NCBI RefSeq assembly: GCF_006345805.1
Contig: NC_043002.1
Span: forward strand, 38,626,001 to 38,690,000
Reading direction: 5' to 3'
Length of the DNA stretch: 64,000 nt
Source of the DNA: Octopus sinensis
Taxonomy: Eukaryota
In this document: positions 39,441 through 53,145 of the stretch, piece by piece
Layout of the letters: every line of letters starts with the position of its first letter
How positions within the stretch are numbered: position 1 is the stretch's first letter
Program-made: the position numbers and the translations under genes
The notes under the pieces: model-generated
Told to the model about the DNA's origin: nothing
The model's input: the letters and a program-made list of their open reading frames with translations, nothing else
Databases searched by the model: none

Positions 39441-39829
39441 GACGGAAGCACTCCGTCGGTTACGACGACGAGGATTCCGGTTGATCCAAATCAACGGAAC
39501 AGCCTGATCGCGAAATTAACGTGTAAGTGGCTGAGCACTCCACAGGCACGTGTACCCTTAACGTAGTTCTCGGGGATATTCAGCGTGACACAGAGAGTGA
39601 CAAGGCCGGCCCTTTGAAATACAGGTACAACAGAAACAGGAAGTAAGAGTGAGAGAAAGTTGTGGTGAAAGAGTACAGCAGGGATCACCACCATCACCTG
39701 CCGGAGCCTCGTGGAGCTTTAAGGGTTTTCGCTCAATAAACACTCACAACGCCCGGTCTGGGAATCGAAACCGCGATCCTATGACCGCGAGTCCGCTGCC
39801 CTAACCACTAGGCCATTGCGCCTCCACTC
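39441..39829 (-). mobile_element. SINE with family-A head and a different 3' tail; 12-bp TSD
   Basis: Head and core nearly identical to 15585-15911, diverging after the aaagagtacagcaggg region. TSD ATACTGTTACTG at 39429-39440 and 39830-39841. Confidence 0.9.
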
Positions 39830-40192
39830 ATACTGTTACTGTCAGTATTATGACTCAGTAGAAATCAAAGGTAAACAAACAACCATCATATATTTTGTTA
39901 GGAAAACATGCAAAATTTGAAAACTGCTGTCCTGTAGTACGAATTTAAGTTAATTTAATAAAATTAACTTTTTCCTTTTCGTAGTACATGAGTAAATAAT
40001 GAGTGAGTCTTGTCTTAACAGTTGAAAACAATAGCATATTTTGATAAATTGTAAATATTTTCATCCTATTTATAATGAAGTAGACAAAGCACTTCTCTCT
40101 TTTATGTTTTTGATATAAATTTGAGAGTCTTCTCGACCTTTTCAAGACACACACACAAACACACACACATATAAGCCACTCAAAATCTACAT

Positions 40193-40202
40193 AGATAGAT
40201 AT

Positions 40203-40270
<68 letters not shown>
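40193..40270. repeat. (GATA)n tetranucleotide microsatellite (similar tracts at 46318-46480, 55636-55732, 57482-57679)
   Basis: Direct reading of the sequence. Confidence 0.95.
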
Positions 40271-40271
<1 letters not shown>

Positions 40272-40272
40272 C

Positions 40273-40440
40273 AGGCGCAGTCGAGGCAGTATAGTAAGAT
40301 GTTTGCATCCCAACCATATGGTACCGGGCTCGGTCCCACTTCATGAGACCTCGGGTAAATGGGTCTACTATAGCCTTAGACCAACCAAAACCTTGTGAGT
40401 GGATTTGGTACAAGGTAACTAAAAGAGGACCGTTATGCAT

Positions 40441-40476
<36 letters not shown>

Positions 40477-40520
40477 CTGTCTGCGTTTGTCCCATCACAG
40501 CTTGACAAGCGGTGTATACA
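40273..40520 (+). mobile_element. Decayed, 3'-truncated SINE family B
   Basis: tctactatagccttagaccaaccaaaaccttgtgagtggatttggtac core plus internal (TG)n. Confidence 0.7.
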
Positions 40521-41537
40521 TACTTACATATTAACATACATATATCTACGAATATATATATAGAGAGAGAAAGACAGAGCTAGGGAGAGGAGTTAGAGAA
40601 GGAGAGAGAGTACATACGCAAACATATATATATGTGTGTGTGTGTGTGTGTGCACGTGTACAAGTATGCATACATACATACATACATACATACATACATA
40701 CATACATACATACATACATACATACATACATACGGCTTCTATATCCACATTATAGATTCACATCAATGTCAATCATTATTGGTGCACATGGTTATCTGAG
40801 TAAATCTTTATGTGACAGTCTTTATGTGAAGCTTGTATTTTCAGATAATGATATCAACCAAGTAACTTACACATTACAAATACAATCTATAAGTGGAACA
40901 GTAAAGATATGCAAGAATTTTTCCAAATTTTAAATGTGACTTTATTTTTGTTATCTACATTCCAGCGAAAGAGTTTTGTATCTTTGTTGAAAGTAGTTAG
41001 TTCCTTAGAGGAATAATTTAAATAATTAAAAACAGATAACATACATACATGCATACATACAGATATTTATATGTATATATATATATATATATATACAGAG
41101 AGTGAAAGTGAGTGAGAAAGATAAAGAGAAGGAAAGGGAGACAACCATATTGACTTATATTAATTACTTATAATGATTTCACCAACCATTCTTCGTTTCA
41201 TCCTGTTCCGTTGTTCCGTTTTTTTTTTTCTTTTTCTTTCCCTCAATCAATTATTAGTCCACTTCTGTCGTACTTTCATTTCCAGCCCCCCCCCCTCTAC
41301 TTACTAATAATCTTGCTTACCACTCACTAATTTTTATTTTAATCGAACATTCTACTACCATGTTCATTATGTTTTTCTCCTTTTACTTTGCTCTTTCTTG
41401 TACTCTCCTACCCTTCTCTCTCATTCTCTTTTCTCTCTCTCTCTCTCTCTCATTCTCTCTTTCACACACACACACATCTCTCTCTTCCTTTCTCTCTCTT
41501 TCTCTCTCTTCCTTTCTCTCTCCTTTACTCTCTCTGA

Positions 41538-41575
<38 letters not shown>

Positions 41576-43049
41576 GTGAGTGTCCCTACACTGACCCTCA
41601 GTCCGCTTTCATTTTATCTTCTACTCCTTTCTTTTCATAGTTTCTCACTCCTCTTTCAACAAATATGATTCTCCCTCATATCATTTTCTTTTTGTGTTAT
41701 TATTTTTATTACCTCTTTGTCTCCTGTTTTTCCACTTATCCTCTTATTACCTAATTTTCTTCGTATTCATTGTTTTTCCCGCTGCTGTTGTTTCTTCCCA
41801 CTTTTCCTTTTCTTCCTATCGCGAATGTATCGATCCTTCTTTATGTCCTTACTGTATCCCTCTGTTTCTTTTCATGCTTTCTTAACTTCTTCCCTTCTCT
41901 CATCCCATTACTCCCTGCCCAAACTTCTCTCCCTCACACAACACTCTCAATATATATATATATATGTACACACACACACATATCCATATATGTATGTATG
42001 TGCATATGTATACACAAACACATACAAATACGACATACATGTATGCATACATACATGTATCTAATACAAACGTACACTTCCAATCAATCTTTTCCTTCTA
42101 TCATTCCTTTAACCACACGTAGCTCTAGACTATAATTAATTTCTTTGTTTGTTTTAGAACAGAACTCTAAGCTAGAGTAGAGGCGATTTTATTGGCATGT
42201 ATATTTTCTTTTAGTACACATGTCCTTGTATGATTTACAGCAAGGAATAATATGATTTTTTTTTTCAATCGACGTAGAACATTATGGTGATGGACCTAAC
42301 TGATACATTTAGGGAATTGGTTAAAATTGCACTAAGCGATGTGATTGTCTTGCACTACTAGGGTTCTTACTACCACGTTATGATTTCAGATCACACTTTG
42401 TTATTTTAACTTGAAAACCAAGTTGAAAGCTAATTTTTCAAAGTGGTTCTATATATTATTAAATTTATCCTGGAAATGTTTTTAATGTCTTTGTATGGCT
42501 TCGAAGGAGTTGAAAGTACTGTGTTTCTGACCTATTATCGGACTCTTAGACTGGATATAGAAAAAGGATATATAATAAAAGTAAAATTGCTCTGAATGAT
42601 TCAAACAAAATAGATACCAACAGCTAAATTCTGGCATTGTGATGGACAGTAAATTAGCTCAAGACTAGAAAGGATCGTTCTATTTGATTTCATTTACTTT
42701 ATGCCTAGAACATGTTCCCCTCACCAGCCTTGGGTCGGCCCGCGCTATGGCAGAAGCTGGATGGAATGAGAGAATACGTGATTGCAATGCAACCTTACAT
42801 TGTTAATCTCACAACAATACCTGCTCCGAACATGGGGACCTGATAAATATTTTATTCATTCTCGCCCACGGTGGATTTTAAACTCAGAAAAATGCTTGCG
42901 ATAAATCATCTTGAGCACTGCCAACGGTAAAAGTTAAAAAAGATACAACATATTACCTACAAAAATCTCAGATAATTATATAAGAGATTAGTTTCAAAAT
43001 GATTGGTTAGTTGCAATTGTTGTTCTGTTTCTTAAATGACGTTAGGATA

Positions 43050-43492
43050 CAACTGAATCTAACATATTCGAATCATGTGAAATATTATTACATCAGTCAA
43101 ATATGAATGTTTGCAGCCGAGTACGAGTGTTCGTTCATGTGAGTGAGTTTTTACATACCACCCTAAGTTGTTTTCCTCTGCTTCTACACAATCCTGGCAA
43201 GTGATCAAACCTCTCCCACCATTTCTTCTGAACAATTATAACTTATCAATGTCACTCTCGGAATGGAATTCTCGTGCACAGAGTATATTTTCTGTGACTT
43301 CCTATCCATCCTCATCAGTTCTTCCTTTTACCAACTTATGATTCCAACTCCATACCAAAGTAATGTTATCGCCCATATATTTACAGCTGGGATTTTATTC
43401 TATCAAGTTAATTTTGAGCGTAACACCAATCTTAGTCTCCGGAAATATTCTTTCTTCAGTTGTTCTTTCATTTCCTTCTCCATGATTTCGTT
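43050..43492 (-). mobile_element. R4/Dong LINE internal fragment (post-RT region)
   Basis: EIMEKEMKEQLKKEYFRRLRLVLRSKL...NKIPAVNIWA...EELMRMDRKS...RNGGRGLITCQDCVEAEE. Confidence 0.8.
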
Positions 43493-43494
43493 GA

Positions 43495-43560
<66 letters not shown>

Positions 43561-43561
<1 letters not shown>

Positions 43562-43892
43562 GTTCTATGTTTGACTTTTGCTTTATGTCTGTACTAGTTG
43601 GCTCCAAGTCTCACCCAGAGACCTCAAGAGACAACAGATTGGAAGTTCACGTTGTTGTTATGCCTAGTGTGCCATATATTTGGGGTTTTTTGTGTTGAAC
43701 TAGTGAATGTCTAATACATAAAAAAAATTAAAAATTAAAAAAAAAAAACTTCTGTTTCAAACCTTGGGATTACATATAGAATATTTTGCGTAGGATATGA
43801 GCAGTTCCCATGAGCACTATCTTTTGAATTTCTGCCATTTTGGGGTTTCCTGGTATCTGCGTTAGGTAGCAATCAGTCCCTTTCGCTATCAT
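43561..43892 (-). mobile_element. R4/Dong LINE 3' end (second subfamily) with (TAA)n tail at 43493-43560
   Basis: MIAKGTDCYLTQIPGNPKMAEIQKIVLMGTAHILRKI, then about 200 bp of 3' UTR and (TAA)n. Confidence 0.8.
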
Positions 43893-44058
43893 TGGTTTGA
43901 TGAATTGGAACATAAGCCAAGATAAGTGTAAAATATTTGCCTTTGGGTGATGGCATATTAAGAGACACAGGGAGTTATAAGTTGTTTGATGACAACAGTT
44001 GGAGTTAGTTAATGTTTTTCAACGATCTTGATCTTAATGTCAAAAGAAACTCCGTTGA

Positions 44059-44358
44059 ACGAAACACCCATGTTTCCAGAGGTGAATTATTCAAACCCTA
44101 AAGAATCCTTCTCAACACATGGCTATGATGCTCCCCCACTAATTCTGCTCGTGATCAGAGATGCACCTATCGTCAGCCACTAAGGGACATGCTCAACTGG
44201 TTACGGTTAAACAACTGACAAGCAAATCTGTGGTATTGAGCAGAATATTTGCTGTAGCCCATCTTTTATACCAAGACAAAACAAAGTACATGATAACACT
44301 TCCAATCAGTTAAGATCAGAAGCCATGAGAGCCACTGCCTGGTACTGCATCAGGGCAT
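44059..44358 (-). repeat. Unassigned non-coding segment starting at a (TAA)n tract; possibly the 5' end of the Dong element
   Basis: Abuts (TAA)n upstream and is joined through the RTE-derived patch to the Dong 3' end. The assignment is inference. Confidence 0.35.
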
Positions 44359-44362
44359 ATTA

Positions 44363-44411
<49 letters not shown>

Positions 44412-44431
44412 TTATTATTATTATTATTATT

Positions 44432-44476
<45 letters not shown>

Positions 44477-44537
44477 GATGTCTCTGTTTTTGTTAGCCTC
44501 ATCATCATCATATTATTATTATTATTATTATTATTAT

Positions 44538-44940
44538 TCTATGTTTGACTTTTGCTTTATATTTGTACAAGTTGGCTCCAAGTGTCACCCAGAGACCTCA
44601 AGAGACAACAGGGTTGGAAGTTCATGTTGTTGTTATGCCTAGTGTGCCATATATTTGGGGGTTGCGGATGTTGTACTAATAAATGTCTAAAAAAAAAAAG
44701 GGTTTTTTTGTTTTTTTTTTAAACCGAAAATTATGTTTGTTTTAAACCTTGAGATTACATAGAGAGTATTTTGCGTAGGATATGAGCAGTTCCCATGAGC
44801 ACTATCTTTTAAACTTCTGCCATTTTTGGGTTTCCTGGTATCTGAGTTAGGTAGCTATCAGCCCCTTTTGCTATCATTCCCAGGGCACCTATGACAACAG
44901 GTATTGTTTTAGTCTTCAGCTTCCACATTTTGCTGATTTC
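44538..44940 (-). mobile_element. R4/Dong LINE 3' end, second copy, between TAA-type tracts
   Basis: EISKMWKLKTKTIPVVIGALGMIAKGADSYLTQIPGNPKMAEV*KIVLMGTAHILRK; UTR about 90% identical to 43561-43790. Confidence 0.85.
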
Positions 44941-44983
<43 letters not shown>

Positions 44984-44991
44984 TATTATTA

Positions 44992-45041
<50 letters not shown>

Positions 45042-45752
45042 GCTGCTGTTGTACTCGTGTCATCGCAGTGCTACAAGATGGTAGGCATTATTTGTTCGAG
45101 AAAAATTATATAGGCAGAGAAGCACTGACACTTGAGGCTGTCCAAGATACATACACAGATCGTATATTTGTATACGAATCAAATTTGAAAATACCCCAGT
45201 TTCTGCGGTACTTGTAAATAATGGCTCTATTCTCGACTGATGACATTCTATTGCTTATCCAGTTATGTATTATTACGTAATATTTATATCTCCAATCTGT
45301 GTCTATTATTTACCTTTTATATATATTATATTTTTCATAATGTTGTAATGTTTCACCAAAAAAATGAATTATAATTGTCACGAAATGTAACTAAGATGTT
45401 AAAAACACATTGCTAGAAGAGCTAAAATGCTCTAATGCCTTAAGTAAATGCACATTTGGGAAAAATTAGAAGAAAAGTTTTTAAAAGAATATTTGCATAG
45501 CCTCAAGAGAGACAGAGACAGGCAGAAACAAGGAAAATGCCCCTTGTATTTGAATACTATGCAAATATTATTTTTAAAATTATTTGTTTTAATTTTTCCA
45601 AAATTTAATTGTCTTCCATACCTACAGTTGAAAAGTTTCAATGACTGAAACCGGTACAGAAATACTTTTATAAAATTATTTTTCTACGTTAACTTTTTTC
45701 CATATATATATGTATGTGTGTGTATGTGTGTGTGTGTATGTATATATGTATC

Positions 45753-45794
<42 letters not shown>

Positions 45795-46329
45795 GCAAGG
45801 AGTTTTCGTCGATTGTAATAGGTGTGTACTATGAGTGCTCTGATTGATTTACCCTTAAACCTCCGGTTTGAACAGCCACTGGAGAATGTGATGCTGAAAT
45901 CACCTATCAAAGGTGACTAGAAGTGGTTTCTCCTTGAGTGGTAGATATAGATTAAAACAGAAAAGGAAAAAAGAAAACATTTAATATCACTTCAAAAGCA
46001 TTCAATTTAAATAGAGATTATGAAAATATAACAGAGCAATTGTGATAAATAGGTTTAAGTATTTGACACCTGTTTCTCGAATAGTCATCTATCATGATCT
46101 ATCATGATTCAACATACTTAGCTATTCCAGAAACGGTTGTAAGAGTCAATTACTTATTTATCATATCTACTCTGCACTATGTTATATTTTCTATTTATAT
46201 TAAGTGTTTTGGAATGATGTCAAATGTTTTGCTTATTCAGTTTCTATTTTAATCTACATATGTGGAGGGATACGTGCGTCTGTGTGTGCTTGTGTATGCG
46301 CGTGTATATGTAAAGAGATAGATAGATAA

Positions 46330-46385
<56 letters not shown>

Positions 46386-46417
46386 GTAGATAGATAGGTA
46401 GGTAAACAGATAGATAG

Positions 46418-46481
<64 letters not shown>

Positions 46482-48425
46482 CAAGTATTTGTTTATATAT
46501 ACGTACGCATGATAGTGCTTTCACGGGCGTGTTGTGGTATGTGGAGTGCATATGAGTAATATATCTGTATGAATTTGTTTATAGGTTTTTCTAATTTGGA
46601 GAGAATTATTTCTATGTGATCTGTTATTTAGTATTACTTGAGAACCAATGATCAGTTATCTGTATTTGTGTTCATGAAACGGTTCAAAGTTATTTGGAGA
46701 AGAAATTTGCCACAATCATTCACTTGTTAAACAGGATATAATAGACGAATAGTGTAACGCAGTATGCAGATGTTGTAAATTAATAAATTCAGCTATAATT
46801 GATATACAGTATGTAAGGATGATTCCTATGCTATACAGTAGGAATGTATACATTTGAAAGAAACAGTGGATCATGCCTCAGGCCCTTTCGTTGGTTGGGT
46901 GTTTGCTTCGTTGGTCGGCACACTAGATGATTATTAAATTGTATACGGCTGGGTTAGATAGTTGCTTAATACACAGGATTTTATTTGGTGAATTGTTGAC
47001 ACCTTGTTAGTCAGACAGCTGGCCTACGCACTTACTTTTGCAGAAGATCTCACTAATCAATCTAACGGAAGGTTTATTGATGCAAAAATTGTTAAAATAG
47101 GTGTGCAATCAAAGTTAATCTTGAGGCACAAGACATTGTATCAATGTAAGTTTAACAATAAATAAATCTTAGAAACTGTAAAATGTTCTCTATGTAGTTC
47201 TGCGATCTGCTAGCTATTGCAAACAAATTCCCCCCATATCACATATTGCTATCACGAGCTCCTCCTTAAAATTCGATGATTCAACAAATGAAATGTGATA
47301 AATTCAATGCCGAGGTTTATCTGTTTTCCGTATTAAGAACTTTGTATTCGTTGCTAGTTATAAACACATACACACACAAGTTTACATATAATATATATAT
47401 ATATTGTAGTCCGTCACAAACATTATCGAATACAAAGAACTCAATATAGAAAGCAGGGAACTATAGATATTTATTGAAGCCGAAAAGTTGGAATTACAAT
47501 TTATTGTAATTTCTTCTATTGAATCATCAGATTGTAATGAGGAATTGTTGATATAATGCAGCGTATTTCATGTATGATAGCTACATACACAAATACATAC
47601 ATATACACATGCAAATACAAATGTAGATTTTAATGCTACATTTGTACATATATTCTTATATACACTTTTATAAACAACCACATAATATAAATATATATAT
47701 ATATATGTATATATATATAAATGTATGTATATATATACATTTATATATGTGTGCCTGCCTGTGTATATATGTGTGGATGTACGTGTGTATGTATATATGC
47801 ATGTGTATATGAATGAACGTATGTATATATACATATATATATATATGTATAATAGCTACATCAAAAATTTAGTATGGCTATATAATTCTTTATAATCATT
47901 ATTATAGTTTTCCTTCCGCCATTGTTATTGTCAGATCAGTAAGATATACATTGTGTATTTGTATATGATGTAGTCCTATTCATGGCTTAATATTCATAAT
48001 GGTTTAATATTCTTTTTAATGCTTATTTTCTATAAACATCTTATGAGACTTAATGTAACATTTATGTTCTTGTCTTGTGACTAACATGAGATGCAGTTCC
48101 TGTTTCAACATGCCAAAAGATATTTATCTTAAGCTTAAGCTATCGTTTTGAATCAAATATACAAAAATATATTTACACGTGTATACGTAAATACAAGCAT
48201 ATTATATGCTACACACACAACACATATATATTCATATATAAATGCATATATATATATATATATATACTCACACATATATTATAGGATTCATCTATAAATG
48301 TGTGTATGTGTGTGCGCGGACCTGCACAGATATACATATGGATGGAGATGTATGAGTGTGTACGTGTGTGTGTGTGTTTGTGTGTGTGTGTCTGTGTGTG
48401 TGTGTGTGTTGTGTGTGTGTGTGTG

Positions 48426-48459
<34 letters not shown>

Positions 48460-49239
48460 ATGGGCATTAGAACTTTTCGATGATTCTGAAAGTGATTTCT
48501 TCGGGAGCTTCATGCGTCTGGCAAGTCCATCATCGGTAGAAATGTAACAAAGGAGGTTCCAAAGTCAACACCACCAATGCCACTTCAAATCCTCAACAGC
48601 AAAATAATATCCCTTAACTAGCGCAGGGAAAACCGCTAAGTGTATGGTTTAAGACAGCACCTTGGGAAATTACACCTATGTCACCGTCAATCTCTACATA
48701 TACATTACCTGATACTGCCTCTCTCACTCAGCATGTGCAATTATACTGCTTATGTTACTCCAGAACAAGTTAAGATCCACAGTACACTAATCCTGGTCAC
48801 TAGCATTTATATCTGCTGGTAATTCCTGTAGCATTTTCATCTTGTTTTATCTTAATTGAATACTCTGATAGTTAAGTACGATTGGATGGGGATTGATATT
48901 GCTTGAAACTACTAGCCTTTACCTGAGTGTTGACTATATCTGTATGATAGTCATCTACTCAAGATGTGGTGGATACTTAGAAGTTCTAGTACTACTTCTG
49001 TGTATGCACTCATATTTCGGAATGAATTTGCTTGCCTTCAGTGTGGAATACCGTTGAAAATGCGGGCGAAAAATCGGAACCTACCTCCCTCGACCTGACT
49101 GAGCAACAATACCTGATGGATTTCTTTACATGTGATTGAACTCTCCAAAGAATTGAATACGGATCAAGCAACCTTATCTTTGAAATCTACAAAGTAAGAA
49201 CCACTCTTCCTCTTTACGCGATAATGGTTTTAAATTTTG

Positions 49240-49415
49240 AAAAAAAGGCTAGCAATTTGGGGTGATAAGCCGAATACATCGGTTGCTGTGCTCAACTGGT
49301 ACTTGTTTTATCAACCTCGAAACGATGAAAGACGAAGTTATCCCCGGCGGAATTTGAACTCAGAACCTAAAAACGGATAAAGTGCCGCTCATGATTCTGC
49401 CAGCTCGCCGCCTTC
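49240..49415 (-). mobile_element. SINE family E
   Basis: Minus strand aaggcggcgagctggcagaatc...ttctgagttcaaattccgccggg. Confidence 0.75.
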
Positions 49416-49429
49416 TTCCTCTATATAAT

Positions 49430-52270
49430 ATTCAAAGAACAAAACTACGTCTTTGTCTCAGTAGGATATCTCTGTTCCTGTAAAACACGATTCTCTAAAA
49501 CTTGGCGAGATGGATTCGAGTTATACTCACTTTTGGAAAAGTTAAGTAAAAGAACAGATAAGAATCAATGGAGTTCCTTTTGACATTAAGATCAAGATCG
49601 TTGAAAAACATTAACTAACTCCAACTGTTGTCACCAAACAACTTATGACTCCCTGTGTCTCTTAATATGCCATCACCCTAAGGTAATATTTTACACTTAT
49701 CTCGGCTTATGTTCCAATTCATCAAACCAATTATTATATAAAAAAATTCTTTCTCACAACAGCTGAAGAACACCATTCTACAAGTATAAATAATATAATT
49801 CTCTACTTAAGAGATAACATCGGATATTGGAAGAATATCATTGGAAAGAAGACGTCAGAATCTATAATCTCAGATTTCTTCTATTCGAAATACTATCACC
49901 ATCTCCAATACGCATTTCCTACTCCATAACTGACATAAGACCACATAGGTCCAGAGACTGGCACCACCTGCTCTATATCATCGATTGAAAACGTGATAAA
50001 GAAGATATCCTTTTCATCAGAACAGTGTTGATGGTTATTGGACAGACAATTGTTATGCCATTATATATATGAAGATCACCGTTTAGAATAGTCATTACCC
50101 TCTCAAAGAAAATACAACCTTTGAAAGCTTGATAAGCCTATCATCAAAGAAAAAGTTTCAAACTACTATTCGTTTGCAGCTCAATTCCAGAACAACCAAC
50201 GCTCGCTTTCTTGATGGAAAGTGATCATCAGTTCGAAATATAATATCGGGTGCAGAAAGAAGCGTCATTAGTTTCATCAAATATAAAAGCCGAATTTGGT
50301 TTGACAACAGCTATGAAATGAACCACATCCTCGATTGAAAGCGACCCTAGACCACGACTTAAAAAGACTCTCTATCAAAATGTTGAATATCAACCAAACC
50401 TCACAGAAATAAAGAAAAGGTGGCAGAAAAAAATGAAACAATAGAGCTTCAGAAGTATGCGGATGGACGTGATAACAGAAAGGTTTTTACGGGAACAAAG
50501 CAAATATTTGATTCGGTACGAACATAAGAGGCAACCTACTCGCTGTAGAATCTACAAGATATCTGCAAACGTAAGCAAGCAGATTTTCCCTTCACTCTTG
50601 TGTCAGACGTCATCAACATCAGATGATTTCTTGAAACATATCCTATATCGTTTTAAATAAACATGGAAGAATGTATAATCATCATTCCATGAGTATGAAA
50701 ATGCTAGGTAGTGCAGGAAACTGCGAAAGTCTTCACGTCCAGAAAATACACCTTTCCGCTCAAAACCGGGCTTTTTACAATCTACCTTAAAACATAGAAA
50801 AACTTTTGAGTTCACAATGAATTTAATGAACTTATAACCATAAAAGAAACTGAAAATTTTGTGGAGAAGTATAGGGAATATTATTGTTCTCTATCTCAAG
50901 AGAAATGTTCGCAAATATTCTTCTAAGTCATCTCAACTTCATCACAAACAATGTTCTTCCGGAAGCGTAATACGGTTTTCGCGCTTCTGACACAATGAAG
51001 ATGATTTTCTGTGCAATGTGATGCCAACGTGAAGTAGAATACGACAAAAAATACCCTTTCTTCTTTTCCGCAAACGAGAAAATGCATTTCTATGTATGCT
51101 GCACAAAACACTTCACTTCAGTGGTTGAAGTACTGCATGACAGCATGTCACTTTCTTAATAGTTCTCGATAGCATGCGGGATGAAGCAGGTTGCAGTCAC
51201 CTTATACTTGTATGCGATTATTTTTTTTATTTTTCCAGTTTGTACATTCGCCAGACATACAGGTATTGATCTACACCAAGTGCTACTTTGATGGTGGACA
51301 TATTTCGATCTCATTGAATTACCGATAGTCAAAGCTCAGCATTTCAATACAGCAATGACAATATTCTTTGTTATACATAACACCAACTCCAGAAATCGTT
51401 TAACAACGCCAAAAGTGTTTCGACCTCTCACTGAAAACTAAGAAAATCGAACTCCTTGTCCAACCTGCTACAAAGATCAATCTCTTTGATTCATTACAAA
51501 TTGATCACTGCTAAACCTTAGAAGCCTCTTTTTCAACGAATGTATTTTCTAAAAGAATGTGGAACACAGAATAGGATCAACCCATTCAGAATTTGGAAAA
51601 CTGGCAAAATTGATTTTTGCGAGCAAAATCTATTCAAAGCAGTAAAACTGATGGTTCATCAAGTAATCATCACCTTGATACCGATCGGATATCAAAAGGC
51701 TTCAGCGTTTCCCTCAATAAAACCTTTGCATCATCTTAAACATCAAATGAGAGAACAGCATAACCAAAATGTCTTTTCTAGAAGCAGTCAAAAATAGAAG
51801 CATAGATTATTCGTTCATGAAACATTAGCTACAATGCTTAAGGTTATGTGAATGCCAAATATATGAATATATCTGTTTTCATCGTAATATAATTTCATCT
51901 GTACCTTTTCCTGTGTTCTTGAGGTAGCGTGACATTGGTAATTTTCTGAACTCCAAAATGTGTTTGCGCAAAGCAATATCACCAAACGGTCAACCGGTTA
52001 ATTCGCCAAGAATATGCTATCCAATTTTTGCTGACCTCAAGAACAAAAATATAAAGGAAATATATCTTTAGAGTATATTACGCTCACATTTCTCCCCAGA
52101 GCATTAGCAACCACCAGTAATTAACATGATTTGAAGTACCTACTTAAAACAATTTTTTATTTCAGCTCACCTATAACAGAAAAGAATCGAAAATATGTCA
52201 ATGGCAGAAGCCGGTACATGTTCCCGAAACTGGCAACATCGATACATTCTACAGTTTTAATATGAGAAAG
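49430..52270 (+). mobile_element. Near full-length, heavily decayed RTE (BovB-like) LINE
   Basis: Remnants in the expected order: YTHFW...RINGVxFxIK, HKTT..RDWHxLxYII..RDxxDI..DxWTD (APE), WFDNS, ELQKYAD, VLPEA*YGFR, LHDSM, GMKQ and QYSND (RT), then the post-RT region. Confidence 0.75.
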
Positions 52271-52431
52271 AAGGTACACTGTATATTTAAAGCACACTAT
52301 AGCAGAAGAAAATGTTCAGTTTGGTGCAGGACGTCAGAACTGGTCTTTGCTACACAACTAAATGGAAAAAAATTTAAACAGGATAATGTAACGTAAGCGT
52401 ATATGTAAGAGACCAAAGTGTACGTACGCCG

Positions 52432-52434
<3 letters not shown>

Positions 52435-52501
<67 letters not shown>

Positions 52502-53145
52502 CAAAATGGGACAAGAATGCAATATATCCATACAGTTAGGTGATACAAAAAAGGACAACACAAAATCCAGATAGACGATAGAAAGAAAACAATTACAGGT
52601 CATTCGGAGTTTTCTTTCCTCAGTCGAGTTCCAGATTATCTTAGCAATTTCGGCCAGCCCCAAGGAAAAAACTAAGCTAAGAGCATTAGATTCCTTGAAA
52701 GGAAGCAGCGAATGTATACGAAAACAAGGACGAGATAAATACAAATAACAGGACATAACAACAAGAGTCTTTCGACTAAGGACGAATTAAATTAAGCTGG
52801 CGTATGAAAGCCTTACGGCAAAGATACAAGATTTCACAGGGATGACTATAGATATTGCACGGATGACGGTCGAACAAAGAAAGAAAGATCAGGCTTGGCC
52901 GAACACTGGTCACGTGGAAGAGAAGAGAGGGAGGTAGAGGCAGAGGCCAGAAGAATTAAGGAGGGGCGAGACAGGGACGCAGTGAAGTGAAAAGAGGAGG
53001 GAAAGTAAGCAAGGAGAGAAGGCAGGGAAATGTAAGAGAGGGGGAACGAAAGAACGAAGAGTGGAATGAACGAATAAGCGTAGAAGGGCTGATAGAAAGT
53101 AAGAATAGAGCTGTACAAGATTGAGAAGATTATATATTTACATAG
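52435..53145 (-). mobile_element. 711-bp non-coding retroposon-like insertion with 28-bp TSD and (TA)n(TG)n tail
   Basis: AAGAGACCAAAGTGTACGTACGCCGCTA at 52407-52434 and 53146-53173. Pyrimidine-rich 5' half and a degenerate CTGAGGA...GAAT motif. Confidence 0.75.

Noticed and set aside
44335-44358. CCTG-ATGCAGTAC-CAGG resembling U2 snRNA stem-loop IV, and a loose HDV-like topology in 44059-44358
   Set aside because: The U2 match is too short with no other U2 domains at the right spacing, and the HDV P3/L3/P1.1 consensus is not met.
49042-49193. Exon-like segment with AG and GTAAGA boundaries
   Set aside because: The only long frame contains an internal TGA (49137-49139) and no homology is recognised.
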